Origin: Lingula anatina
Lineage: Eukaryota; Animalia; Brachiopoda
Direction: 5' to 3'
Assembly (NCBI GenBank): GCA_051362555.1
Contig: CM120649.1
Span: 13,950,001 to 14,014,000, forward strand
Length of the DNA: 64,000 nt
Program-made: the position numbers and the translations under genes
The notes under the pieces: generated by a model
Databases searched by the model: none
What the model saw: only the letters and a program-made list of their open reading frames with translations
What the model was told of the DNA's origin: nothing
Shown: piece by piece, positions 39,492 to 53,900 of the stretch
Layout of the letters: each line of letters opens with the position of its first letter
Numbering within the stretch: position 1 is the first letter of the stretch

Positions 39492-41336
39492 ATTGACCAA
39501 TGTGAAAGTGGCCATACAATAAGCAAATAATAAACAAACTATAAATAGTAAAGAAATTCAGTACTGATTTTATAAAATTTTTAAAGTTTTTTTTTGTTCC
39601 CAATTCTTAACAATTAAAACACTAAACTAAAATACTGTTACAGTAGGCATCATTACTAAATGCCTAAGGAAGTGTTTTAAGGTATTATTTCATCAGATAT
39701 CTTACTGTTCTTATTGGCCCATCCACATGATAGTCCAAACTGAAGACATCCCAGCCTGTGTCTCCTGGTGACACCTAGTGGTGGAAAAGAACAGTAAAAT
39801 CCTAGACTTGTATTATTTATTTAAATTTAAGTACGATAAGTGAAAATAAAGAATGACAAAAAGGTGAAATTTTGTGATGGGAAAAGTAAACAATAAGTAC
39901 TAAAATACCTTCTGAGAAAACTCTTTTTCAAATGCCTATTTCTTTCCATTTCCACAAATCCTTAAAATCACTTATACGTTTAATTTTTCCCATTATACTC
40001 ATTTCTTTACACATCTATATCACTTACCTCCAGCAGTCTGACATCCAGTCTTTTCAATATGTCAGCGTCATCATACTGGGCATTGGTGGCCCTCACAGCC
40101 GTCTCCAGTACACCAGTCAGGTTGTGGAGATACAAGGTACCTGCTGGCTTGGCCAGGTCTTCTCTGAAATAATTTATAATGGAACATGGATTTGCATTTG
40201 CTTCTGTTTCAATACTTTTAATAACCATAAGTTATCAGGTTTTGCAAGTCAGTTACAGTATTCTGACTTCCCTCGATACATATTTTATGATGGAATATAG
40301 ATTTATCTCTTTTGGTCTCCATTTTTCCTTTTCATGATATATTTAAGATTTTGAAGTCAATCAAAGTGTTATGATCTCATTTGATACAAAGCTAAAATTT
40401 AACATAAACATACTTGTTTGTATATCTTATGTATCATTTGATACAAAGCTAAAATTTAACATAAACATACTTGTTTGTATATCTTATGTAAATCCGAGCA
40501 CAGATAATTATAAAATTTTAGCATTTTGGCAACAAGGATATAATTTCAGTCAAGTCAAGGTGTCACTCACTCCAGTAAATCCATCAGATGCCTGATGAAA
40601 TCCCCCTGGCCCAAGAGCAGGTATCTTCTCAAGGCCTAGAACATGAGACAATACACGACAAAACATGAATACATGTTCTAAAATTATCTAGAAATGAGAC
40701 AAAACAAGATCACTTATTTTATAGATTATAACCGAGTCAGGTTTAACATTGGTATGCCAATACTTGTATTTAATTTGGATATAAAAGTTGTCAGAAATTA
40801 AGTGCAAAATGTAAACGGTATACATTGACCAAAAATTATCTGTAGGCCATTATGCTTGTGACAATTCAGTCCTGAGCTGTTCAACTACCTTTTTTTTCCT
40901 TTTGGAATTTAGACATACATCTAAATAACTTCCATCAAAATTCAATATAAAACATTCAATTATCATTTTAGAGTTATTTTTGTTTCAATTGTAACATAAA
41001 GACTGTCACCTTAAGGTGGTCCATCAGTTTATATTTAGTGTGCAAAATCTCCAATAGATGGCGACTGGTCTCCTCATACACTGTGTCAATCATGGCCTGA
41101 AATTTACCATCCAGATCCTGGGTGAACATACTGGCAGCTGAAACCAGAAAAAAAAAGAGACTTCAGCTTAGAAAGAAAGATAATAAAATACATATAAATA
41201 CAACTGTAATCATTTCTATTGCTTTGACTGCAATGCTTTTTAAACAAGGAAGGGCATCTTTAAATTAGAAACAAAATCTCTGAAATGTGAGAGAAACTCA
41301 AAATAACCACATGCAGGGATATGATCCAACAACAAC

Positions 41337-41377
<41 letters not shown>

Positions 41378-42646
41378 CAATAACAAAATTTAAAATATAT
41401 TAAAAACCCACGAAAACCATGCCAGCTGTGACCATAATATAGGCACATGTTATATATACAGACCATTCATACGCAAGCACCTGTTCCCAGCTCTCACCTT
41501 CTGTTGTCTCAGCTGCTCTGACCACATCTCTCCTCTTTATCTGAGTCCTGTCCTGACACAGCTGTCTCAGGAAGTTAATAGACTTGCCAGTCAGGAGTAT
41601 CTAAAATTTGAAGGAGAATACAAGATAAAATTTTCAATTATACACATTATAGAAATAATTCAAACACTTATCTGAAAAAAAAACACTCTTATGAATATGA
41701 ATTTTGGTAGTTTTCTTTTGACCTTTTAACTTTAATTTAATTTCCCCTTTTGTTTAAATTCAATATCCGGTTTAAAAATCTGAACTGAACGGCATGCCAT
41801 ATATTTTTTTCTCATTTGAAAAACTGAAAATATGGTTTTATTTTGAATATTTTGCAATATAGGAATCAAAGGTAATTTCTTCATTATCTAACATATATTA
41901 TACTTTCATCTTGGAGAAAGAAAAAAAATACTATAATAATGGTTTTTGTCTTCATTTTTTGCCATGTTTTTTGCCATGTCTTTCTTCAAAAAAATTATCA
42001 ATTTCTCCTCACCTTCCTGGCCTGGTCCATGTTAAGGAAAGAGGGGATCATGCTCTTCCTCAGACTGTACTTGTCATGCCACAGCCTCTCATCCTTCACT
42101 GTGGGGTCTGATGCCACAAAGAACTGAAATTAAAGAGAAATCTACAGGGAACAGAAATGACACTGAGTGGAAAATCCTCCCCTTTCCTGAATCCAGCCCT
42201 CTAAAAGTCATACAAAACACTATCTGTTATCTTCTACGATTGCTAAAAGATACATGGACAATTTTGTTCTATTAGTACGTATAACAACAGGAGCTATCTT
42301 TACAAAAACATTTTATGACTAGTTTTATACAGAAAGAAAAGGCCAATATTCTAGACCAACAGTTGCTTCATTCTAGTAAACTAAGTCTAAGATAACTAAA
42401 GATTTATCTCTTACTAAAGAGCAACATTTTAGTTTGAGGTACACTTTAGGTTTATTTAGACATTTTGTACACTGTGATATGCAGTGTGCAGTGATATTTC
42501 CTTTTAAAAAGTCTCAAAGTAAAAAAAAAATTGTTTCATTTTAGCCAGCACTAGAGTGGTCTCCCTACCTCGTGGTATGTGTCCTCCAGCTCTCCATCAT
42601 GTAGCCAGCGGAGAACTATACCAAATATGGGCTGGGCCACCTGCAG

Positions 42647-42705
<59 letters not shown>

Positions 42706-45700
42706 TTAATTCTGCTTTCCCTAAATAAGAAACTTTTTCATGTCATTTTCTAAATGGGTAAATGCCGCTATGATACACTGCAAAAAGCAGCAAGTAATTT
42801 AATAAGGTGAATGATATAGCATGAAGGTGGCTTTAAAAGCAGACTACAACAGGATATAAATTGTATTTACAAAAATCTCATTTAACCAAAGAAATTTCAT
42901 CTTCAAACCTGTCTACAAAATTCCCCAGGTTCTAAAATGCCATACAGCACTGTCCATGGGAAAATATCTTGTTGAAAAAGAGTAAAAAAAAAAAAAACTT
43001 ACCAGAGTTAGTGTATGTTTCACCAGAGCTCTCATGAAAGGATCCCCATGCTGTAGGTACGAATGTATCACTGTGGCCAAGGCACCTCCTTTCTTGCCTG
43101 AATAATACAGTGAAATTAAAGTCAGTCAGTCTTAATATCACTTAGTATACGATACGGTGAATATAATTATTCTGAGGATTAAAGCACTAAATAAATATGA
43201 TAAAGAAATAATAAAATTATTCAAATATAAAATTTTTTTAGAGTAAGGGTATATGCAATAGAGCACGCTTGCATATCACTATGTGTCTGTGTATACATTG
43301 GGATGCTTGCATAGATGTCATTTATTCTGAATATAAATGTGTGAGTGCATGATTGCATATGCACATCTCAGTAAGTATTTATGTGCATGTACTAGCATGT
43401 GTGTGTTCTTGTGTGGGTACATGTGCATATGTGCATATACATACTGAAAATTAAAGACCTACCTTTGCATACATCCACCAGTGCTGCCAGTGCCTTGAGC
43501 CTGGACAAGGGGTCAAATGTCCACACTGAAAGCTGTCTGAGGGTCAGTCCTCCTGGACCCATCCCCACTCCCTGGTCATGTTCCTGCTGGAGCTGGACGA
43601 GAGGAGAAAAAAATGTTTGTGAGTATTTGTGAAAATTATGTATACTTAATGCTGATAAAATGTTAAAATTTCTTTTTGAAATATTTTAAATATGGACTTC
43701 TCATAATAGGTTGAAACTGATGGTAAATACTATTTTTCATCTTTACATGACAGCATATTTTTTTCTTGCTTTCTTTGTAAAATGATTAATCTTCTATAAC
43801 TTCACACTTTAAATTGTCTTCCAGGCATTTATCAGATTTTTAAGTTTAAAGAAAAGGGGCTCTGTCGCAGAACTCGCATTTCAAATGCAAAGCAATTCTA
43901 GCAAACCACACTGTACCAAAGGTTTCTGGCTAGGGATTAGGTTTTGATATCAGACTGTGAGCACTATTAAATTACAGAGTGAGAGATCCGTTTGCTTACC
44001 TGTGCCTCCAACACTGCTATCAGTCTGTAGTATTCTGTTAGTTCTTGGTGAAGTGCAGCACAGAAACTCTGAAACCAAAAGTTTATCCAGATATTCATAA
44101 GACATCCATTACGCCCACACACACACACAATTCTGATATTCTGTCAAGAGATGCACTTCACCCTTATTCATGTGAGTTTGCTTATATTTCATCAATTATG
44201 AAGGGTTGCAATGTGCATTTGGCCCCATTCTTCTAATCATAAATGTAACTGCAATGCCTGATAGAACTAACTGCAAGTAAAAAAGTCATTGCATTATTTC
44301 AGATTTTAAAAATATTTAGGAAAACATACCTGGTAAAAGAAGATATTTCAACCCCTCGTTATAGACACACATACCTGTCCAACGAGTCCAAATGCTTTAT
44401 CTGAACTCCTGGCATCTGCGTACTTCCTGATCTTGGTGTACAGCCACCCACACTCTGCCAGCTTGGTCACCTTTTGTCTTACAGCCCTGGCTATACCAGC
44501 CTATGGACATCATAAGAACAGAGCGAGTACTTAATACAAGGTATTCCTTTTCTTTCCCCTTTTGTCTTTCTGCCCTGGCTATACCAGCATGTGTAATGCA
44601 ATTAAATACATTCATAAAATCTTCTTTCTTATCTTTTAACAAATGCTGCAGTGATGTCACACCTCATAGGTCGAAAGCAAGTTTAAATATTTCATTTTGC
44701 CATCAGCACAAGAGACAACAAAAACCTAGTTCACCATACAACATGTACCTTGTCATCTATCCTGTACCCCGCATTGTTAATGTCCCATTTAATCAGCTGC
44801 CCGTCTATCCCCTGCAGCACATAAACCATCTCTCTCAGCAGTACAGCCTCTGGGATCTCATAGGACACTGGAGAAATAGACAGAATATCATTGGTGTTAT
44901 ATCACTGTATTTGCTTGTAAACTACACTATTCTTTCATAGTTTCCTTTTTTGTTGGTGATACTGTTGAGGTTAAATGTATTTCAGTTACTGCCAAGATGA
45001 TTGGTTTCTTCATGCAAACTGACACACTATTAGGTGGATAAATGTCTTTACAAAAACTTACTTCAAAAGTGTGCAAAAGTAAGGCATCTCATTTTGCAAT
45101 CTTAACCAGATGACAACGGGTAAATGCAAACTGATTCCCAAACTTTCACTAGCTGGCAACAAGTGAATGGAATGTCAATAAACCTGTTTGACTGAACATT
45201 TTTCTCTACAGGGAAATTTCAGAGCCCTCCATGCACATACCATTGTCTTCCCCATCTCTGTGTGTGCTGGCTATTGTGACACTCTTACTGCTCCTGGGCA
45301 CCACTGATGTACTGGACTGCTGACCTGGAATATTTAGAATTGAATCCTCAACATGACTACAGCACAATGGTATTTAACTAAAAACAATCAGAGAAGAAAC
45401 ACTGTCACACCTAACACAATTTTATCACGCCTGACACAATGAATACAGAAACAATGTCACACCATATGCAATAGTATGACATCTTACACAACAACAGAAA
45501 TGTTGTCACACCTAACACAAAACCTGCAGGGTTAATGCAATTCCAGCAATATACTGTCACCTCTACTTGTCACACCTAACCAGACATGAGGTAAGGTTTC
45601 AAAAAAAAAAAAAATTATCATGGGACCCAACACCTAACCTTGTCGAATCTCAGGAACCATCAGAATTGAAATTTAAAAACAGTGTAATTCCACTTTTTCG

Positions 45701-48700
45701 GGGAAGAAGCTCATGTTTACCTAACACAATTACATTTAATAACAGTCACATCTAGCACAATCCTATGTTGGTCTCACCTCCTCTGTTCAGAGACAAGGCC
45801 AGACGTTGCCCCAGGGTGGGTCTACCTGCAGTGTATGGGGTCTGACCCAGGGCAGTACCTGATAGATGACTGGAAAATGGGGAAAGAGCATGATTATTTT
45901 AATTCATGTAAGCTAACAGTTGTAATATTGCAAATGGTGTCCATGGTTTAAATAAATATCTTACCAGGAAAAACAATAATTGATTTTTAAATACAATAAC
46001 AGGTGGTGATACAACATCAAAATATGAAACATTCAGGCTGACTTTCAAAAAGAGAGAGAGAGAGAGAGAGAGCAAAAAATTGACTAGAACCTAGGAGCAA
46101 AAGACTGTGGCACTGGGGTGGGGTCCCCACTTCTCCCAGAGTGGATACTGCTGATCCCACTGCTGCCTGTTGATATGCCACTCTGGAAATAATGAAAACA
46201 ATACCACTTAAATTTAACACCATTCTGCATCATTATGACCAAAATTTACAAAACCTGATCCAGTACAATATTTCCTCCATAAAAAAAATCTAAAATTGTA
46301 TACACCATACTCTGCAGTATGCATAGTAAAAAGGTTTAATTTTATCACGTACAAATTTGGTTTATATATTGGCGTAATAAACAATTACTGTCAATAGGCA
46401 ATCACTGATTTAGATTATTTGCAATAATTATAATATGCACTATGTGGGAAATCTTTGGTTATCAACATGGCAGTACATTGTAACTTTTCATAACTTTATA
46501 ATATGACTTTTCAAATCTTGAACTACATTACATAATTTTCCAATGGTAGTATTGGCTGTATAAAATGCCTGAGCATACCTGTATTGTGCTGCCCCCTACA
46601 GCTGGAGTCTGCTGGGGGCCTGCTCTGTGGGTCATAGGGGTGGAGGTGGCATACTGACCCAGGCTGGACGCAAAAATATGACTCCCTGGTAGGGGCTGGA
46701 ATAAATACCTGTGCCTTAATTCAACTGCAACATTTCATTACAAGTCTTCTTTTTTTTTTTTAACTGAACATTTAATGAAATGATACAGGTATCAGATGGT
46801 ATAACAATAATCGTTTTAATATATATTTAAAGACTGCACTAAAAATTCAATAAAGAAAAAAATCTCTATTTTGCATAAAGATCCGAGTAGAGTGCTTTAT
46901 TTGGTGAAACCATGGTTTTTATGCAGAAATAAAAAAAGTCATGCTTCATCTGTTTGTATTGTGATTAGAACTACATTGTTTTCTGCTCAAACTATAGTTA
47001 AAGCACCTTTGTTGAAAAAAAATTACACAATACAAACCCTGTGTTTAGAGGTGTTATCACTCAGACAAAGCAGCAAACTGAGGATGGACCATCTGTTCTT
47101 TAGAACACCCTGTGACTGCAGCTTTCTGTGGAGCTCAGAGATAACAGCAGCGTCTTTCTCCCTGCCCTGCCTTGCCACTGAAAATATTGATGATGACTAT
47201 AACCTGCTTTACGGCTATACTCAGGTATAGAGACAGAAAGTGCTAAATGGTAATGAAAGAAGCATGTCAATTGAGTTCTCATTTTAAACCATTCCATACA
47301 CATTTAAGAAAATTTTTCTATAAAAATCATATGAAATGGGAATTGAAATATTCCCTTGAAAGAGAACTTTTACCATCATGAAAAGTTGTACCACAAAATG
47401 TAAGTAAATACACATTTTTTTACTGATACTGAGATCATCATGCTTTTTACAATTACACATCAAAAACATCCAAAATATATAACCAAATTCAAATAAACAG
47501 TACACTTTTGACCCTAATTTTATCAAAATTGGGATGCTTACATTTTCTCTTTATTTTTTCTGCCATTTGGAACTCGTCTGCCTCAGCCTGAACTGACAAG
47601 TCACTAAAGAGAGAGGAAAATATAACATGTATTCATGAAGTCTATAGGGATATACCACCTTAATTTTGTTTTGCATTATATCATAAATTTATTTTATTTA
47701 CTGAGACAACTCCTGGCTAAATGAATGAAGAGGTCTAAGCTAAAGTATAGTAGATCTTTAGATTAGTACCAGAGTTGCCAACACTAACACATGTACACAG
47801 ACAGACATACCCCGTTCACACTACGCTCAGTTATCCAGATAAATTGCGAATTAGGTCACAATTCGAATAAATGCAGTAGTGTGAATGCAACAGGATTTTT
47901 GTAATGCGCATTTTCAAAATCCTGCAAGCGAGGTGGATTTCTAAGCGCGATCCGGATAACTTACCGGAATCGACACCTGTACAGATCTAACTGCGCATGT
48001 GTGCAGATAAGTGCGGCTATCTATGAACGCTTGTTTATTACTTTAGCGATTGCACCAAACGTATTTGGAGGTCACCACTCACTACAACATGAGGAAACAA
48101 ACTTATTTTGCCATCTTATACTTCTCAAGAATACTGGAATGTCTTTAGAGTTGCATTAGTCGTCACAAATTTTTGTTGGTATTTTAAGATTTCCTGTGCG
48201 GCGCATGCGCGAGTGTTCAAAACAGGAAGTTAAACCTGAAATTTTCAACGTGTAATTCGGTTTCGCTTAGCGTGTGTGAACGCAATACCGAATCGAATTC
48301 CTCACGAAAAATTCGGATTATAGAAATGCGCATTTTTGCAACTGTAGTGTGAATGGGGTAACAGACAAACACACACTTATCAGCTAACATACCTGGCCAG
48401 TGTCCTGAGAGCTTGCTGGAACAATGGCTGTACAGCATCTGAAAACATTCAACAAATACACATTAAACGTTTTTGGAACAGACTGGAACAATTTATTAGA
48501 AGGTACACATCTACATTATTAAACTCTGTCGAAAGACTGGTTAAAAGTGGAGACAGATTTTTTTCAGGATTAGCAAGTGCAACTTGTTGAACAGATGACA
48601 CTACCATGTGGAATAATTCTTAATCAAAATTCTAACGCTGATGCCCTAAAAAGTTAGTCAAGACTCCAGACAAGATCGAATGACGAATCTCGACCGCAGT

Positions 48701-48784
48701 GCTCGACTCACCGTCTCCAAGGCCTGTCACCCTAACGCACAGCCTTTTTAATAAAGCTGGTGGGGATCTTGGATCATTCATCAT
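36724..48784 (-). CDS. TUBGCP3: Gamma-tubulin complex component 3 (GCP3/Spc98), complete, 26 exons, ~899 aa
   Basis: Exons total 2700 nt: 48784-48712, 48438-48393, 47603-47542, 47177-47038, 46695-46579, 46182-46091, 45869-45778, 45324-45241, 44867-44749, 44500-44375, 44068-44000, 43592-43463, 43097-43003, 42640-42569, 42123-42013, 41600-41498, 41137-41010, 40635-40571, 40163-40028, 39774-39706, 39446-39311, 38918-38830, 38506-38375, 38150-38010, 37430-37314, 36879-36724. GCP3 motifs: [91 protein letters not shown]. Confidence 0.97.
39015..39310. repeat. ~21-bp minisatellite (atggatactgaccatgtacac-like) starting at the donor site of a TUBGCP3 exon
   Basis: About 14 units containing gatactgacc; the first unit is the actual G|GTCAGT donor on the minus strand. 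Confidence 0.85.
40377..40490. repeat. 57-bp perfect tandem duplication
   Basis: tcatttgatacaaagctaaaatttaacataaacatacttgtttgtatatcttatgta occurs twice. Confidence 0.9.
45395..45770. repeat. Degenerate (gtcacacctaacacaa)-motif satellite, related to 60875-61142
   Basis: Recurrent cacctaacacaa motif. Confidence 0.5.
47810..48358. mobile_element. MITE with CCCCGTTCACACTAC TIRs (Harbinger-like termini) in TUBGCP3 intron 2
   Basis: ta|ccccgttcacactac ... gtagtgtgaatgggg|ta, with internal copies of gtagtgtgaa and ctgcgcatg motifs. Confidence 0.75.
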
Positions 48785-49221
48785 ATTGGCTGCACCTTCC
48801 CAAAGTTTATATTTAACACATGTTTACGGCTTTTCCAAATGTTATTATCTTTCTTCAGTTCTGTTTTAACGATCCCGCGCAAAGCGGATCTGTTTAATAT
48901 AATATGTAAAGTTTCGTAAATATCTTGGTAATTATTTTTATATAGAAATTTAAATTTTTGGCAATAAAAATTACAAACGTAATTTTTTATTGTAAAATTG
49001 ATGACAAAAAGTAAAACTGTTGTCCAACTTACAAGAAAGGCATTCATCTTTTTACGCAACTAAACAATAATCTTTATCTAGCTCCTTTTGTTAGGGGTCA
49101 ATGGGCGCGGGTATCTAGGAACAGGACTCGATACCGACAAAAACTTTAAATTTTTTACAGAGTTCAGAATGGAATCAGAAATGTAGACGGTTTATTTTAA
49201 AGAACACAAACAAGTCCGGGG
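48785..49221. promoter_or_regulatory. Probable bidirectional promoter region between TUBGCP3 and ATP11
   Basis: The divergent start codons at 48784 (-) and 49222 (+) are separated by only 437 bp. Local CpG-containing patches are present (gatcccgcgcaaagcggatc, gggcgcggg). Confidence 0.65.
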
Positions 49222-50052
49222 ATGCCATCTTTGTTTAGGAGAATTGGACTGGCTGTGGTAAGTAGAATTGGCATCGAATGTAGACGTATTGGTATTTCGA
49301 AACAGCAACTACAAACATGGGACCCCAAACTGTATTGATCCAGAGTATACCAAACTATTGTTAAAAGTTGGTACTAAAGTTGATACTTAATGGGCAAGTA
49401 CGACTGAATGTTGATAGGAGGTTTAAAAATTGATAAAAACAACTGAGTTTAACGTCGTCTTATGAAGAATGGCAATAAAGGAAACGCTTTATTTACTACT
49501 ACTACTACTACTACTACTAATAGCACTATATTACCTAACTGAAAACGGATGTGACTGTAATCTCCTGAATGAATCACCTGGTATAGTTTCAGTTTTGATT
49601 GTGAAAGAGCTGTGTAGTGACTAAAGAAAACATTAGTGCATACATAGAGAAATCTATCGTTTATGCTTTAAGCACACCGTTTTCCTAAGAGGTTAATAAT
49701 ATGATCAAACGGTATATCTCTGAGACCCCCCCCCTTTCTATCTTTAATCACTTGGACAGTGTGACGAGTTTAAACTGTGGAGTGATAAATGATTAAGTTT
49801 TATCAATAGACTAAAGGAAATGTGATAATATAAAAAGATTCAGACATCTCAGCTATATTCCTGGGTAATTAAAACATTGCACTGGTACTTTATGGGCAAT
49901 ATTTTATCAAAGTTCATCCTTCCATAAACATTTTAAAGCAATCAAAAGTGTCCAATGAGTGTTAAAGATGTTTTCTTAACCTACCGGAAGCTTAGTTCAA
50001 GAGATTCCATATTTCAGGATGTCTATAGATACATTCCATGGTTTTTCACTTT

Positions 50053-50087
<35 letters not shown>

Positions 50088-50939
50088 ATGTGTCAGCAGA
50101 GGCACTGTTATTTGTATCAATTATATTACTTACTAGTACATGTATATAGACAAGAACATAACATGAAGGCTGTTGAAAAAAATAGGAAAATAAAAGATAA
50201 AATAGCTTGAAGAGTTTCTTACAGCAGTATAAAGGATAGGCTTTGTGAGGGTAGACCAGGATGTTAAGTGGACCATGTTGATTGAAGTGTCTTACTGAGT
50301 GATATTAAAGAAGTGGAATGTTTACGTAACATTTTCCTTATTGCCCTTATGAAATGTCAGAAATTTCCAGTTTTAGTGCTTGTGTGCTGCTAATGATCCC
50401 TGCATATGCTGAAATAACAAATGTATTTATTTTATGTTGTGCTATAATTTATGTATATATGTGCCTATACATGGCATCTGATCTAGAGGTTTTTGTATAA
50501 ATTTATACATTGAATTGGGATATAAGGGTAAACCTCCATTTGAAGGTCAGTTTGTCTTTTTTTAAAGCATTTATCTTGGACCCATTTCATAGGAAGGGAT
50601 ATAAACATTTACAGAGGTTAAAATAGATTTTATATTCTGAGGAATGACTCTTGAAAGAAAAAGCATTATAATTTTCATGTTCTGATACAACCAAGTATGT
50701 ACAAAGGGTTCAAAGACAGGCAAATGATTGGTTATATACTAGTATGGTTGAATGATGTCAGATGATGTACATGAATAATGTGGTTTTAAAAAGAAAAAGA
50801 CAAATGTGCAGACAGTGTACTAGTAATGTTGTACACTATTTATTTATTTATTTTTCTAATAATTCAATTTTGTGACTTTCTCCCACTTCTTCTTCCTTCA
50901 TGTTCGTCATGTTATCCCTTTGTTGCAAATCTCTTGCCT

Positions 50940-50971
<32 letters not shown>

Positions 50972-53900
50972 CCTTTTATCACTGTGATTCAGGGGTGCCT
51001 TAAGCCACCAACAAAAGAGAATCGCGTCATCTTTGTGGACAACAAGCCACCATTGCAGCACGAGACTTACATTCCGCAGAAATACTGTGATAATCAGATT
51101 ATAACCTCCAAGGTAAGGAAAACACCCTGAGTCTTATACAGGGATATTTTAGTAGTTTGTGATTATAGACAGCTGAATTGATAATAGATTTTAAAGAATA
51201 AAATATCGTGACAGTCAAATCATGATCTCCAAGGTAAGGAAATAGTCTGCACACACTGAGTGCTTTTTAGTATAATCATGACATTTTTGTTGACTTAATC
51301 CCATTTTTCAATTTGATGAAATGCACCAAGTTGAGATATGATTCAGCTTGAATTTAGACTTAGCATAGTTTACAGGATGTAAATGGTCTGTGAGTGTTTC
51401 TCTAGTTTAATGGTGACATTTTGTTGACTTATTCCTTATCTTTCAATTTGTTGAAATGTCCCAAGTTAAGATATAATTCAGTTTGAATGTAAACTTGGCG
51501 TAGTTTACAGGTCTTTTATAGCACAATTGTTTGTATTTCAAAACTATTCTTATTTTCTGTTTTAGTACACGTTATGGAATTTCCTGCCAAAGAACTTATT
51601 TGAACAGTTTCACAGAATTGCCAATTTTTACTTCCTGTGTGTGGGAGTAATTGAGGTGAGTGTCTGTTAAGTTCACTGATGCATCTCTAGTGAATTTAAA
51701 TGTGGTGATTATTAATTATTTTTTTATTTATTTTTTTTTTACAGTTCGTGGAACAAAAACTCAAAAAAGTAGTGTGTGGATTGTAATTATCTTAACAGCT
51801 TTGGCAAGGGTATACACTCCTGATTAAGGAAAATATTGAAATTTCCAGCATTTTTTTGAAAATCTGTACTTCAAGTAAAATGTCCATTAAGTATCTTGAA
51901 ATGTGTGCAGATTTTAGTCAACTCTGTGTTTTGCAACAAGTTTGTAGTAAAACGTGCATCTTGAAATGATCCAAGGAACACCAACATGCAAACCATGTCT
52001 GCAGGAAATTTGATGTGACCATGCTTGGTATCAAAGAGCGCATTTAGAACCACGGACTAACAGATCCGTAGATCAAATGTGGCTACCCACTAAAAAGTTT
52101 GCTGCTTAATTCCCGATTAGACACTAAATAGATTTCCCCAGGGATTACAGTACGCAACAAGCATTCAAGTTGATCAGTCAAGTTTGATCCGCGGATCTGT
52201 TAGTCAGCTATTCTGAATGTGTTCATACACATTAAGCCTCCACGACATGACATGAGTATCAGATGGAACCTAATTTCACCCACTGCTGGATACAGGATAT
52301 TGAAAAGTTTATCCTTTTATTTTCCTTTTTTTTTTGTGTGTGTGAGGTGTAAAATATTGATCTGCTATTCCAACTGTACATTACAGTGGTGAACAGTGCA
52401 GAGACTGTGAGTGGATGAAGTTAGTTTAATGTGTCTTGTCTCCCATAATTGAGGAAGGACCAACCAGATCTTTTTGTTTTTGATTTGGAGTGTTGGTGGG
52501 TGGTTGAGTGGGTTGGGGGGTAGAAGGGGGAAGAGCTAATCCCCAATCTTTGCCAACAACATTTTAACCTTCTGACCCTTAAGGCCAACAGGGATTAAGA
52601 ATCTGCAGGTTAAAAGCAGAAATCATCATGGCCAATAACTAAACAGATTTACACAAGTTTACGGGCTAGGATTCAGTGACATATGGGCCACTCTTGGCAG
52701 TGGTTAACATTGCAGATTTGTGTGTCATGATGTTTATGTTGTGTTTGGTTGTAGCTGATTCACTTAGTGACTACTGTAGCATATGTTGAATGTTCAACTT
52801 CCGTGATTATGGGTCCCGCTTTTCACGAGATAATTGATAACCATATTATGGCCGTGTAATTTGATATAACCTCAAGATTAAAGCAATGGTGCTCAACTTA
52901 TTCATTCAGGTAGACATTTAGGCTGTCAATTATTCATGTCTCTCAGCTCTTTGCTATGCACTCTGTTTAATTGCATTGGATATGACAGGTTATTTATATC
53001 TGCCAAGAAAATCATATCAGGAGTGAAGGTTTCCTGCTTTTTTGAAGAAATCCCTTCATTTTTATGTGAGAAACAGTTGTAAAATTCTGAAATTTGGAGA
53101 TGGTAATTTTTTAAGAGGAGGTAGAGCATTCTGTTCCTGTTTTATTTTGAATCTTGAGGTAAAAGTACTGGAAATTCATAACAACTTTGTCATCATACCG
53201 TCAAGATAATTTGTTCATTAAACAATACCATTTCGATGTGCTACTTAAAAGTAGATATAACTCATAAGTAAAAAGGCAAACGTGTTTGAAAATGTTTTAC
53301 TAGTAAGTCATATTTTTAAGTTTAAATATGCTGCAAAGTTTTTTTTTCAATCTTCCTCAGTTCAGGTCTTTAAAATGCTTTAAGCTCTCAAATAAAAGTA
53401 TATTTGAAGTGTATCTTGTATCTTGGTATGGCTGTATAAATGAATGGTGATTTGTTTGGAACTAAGTTAGTTTGTAGAATCTACATAACTCTGACCTTTG
53501 GGGGTCAAAAATATTGTTCATGTTGCACCAAGATTGGAGAACAACAACAGTTGTTATAAGTCCAGTTAATGTAGAAAAAGAAAACACTCTATAAGACTTG
53601 TTATGGATGATATTCCCAGTTATAAGGTGACAGGTTATAGGGAGTCCACTGTATATCAAATGTATTGATAGTCCTCCGCATGATAAGTCAGTATATTTTA
53701 TATGACCCAGTCAGATGGAAAGGATGATAAAGGCTGGATGATAAACTTTTATTGGATTGTTGTGGAGATTGGGGTCTTTCTGGCATATAGGGGATTAAAT
53801 TTTGAAGTGTAATGCTCCTTTTGATGAAATGGATTTTTTAAGACATTGTCAACAAATTTATCAAAATAAAATTTTCAGTACTAGTGTTCCTCTTCTTAAT

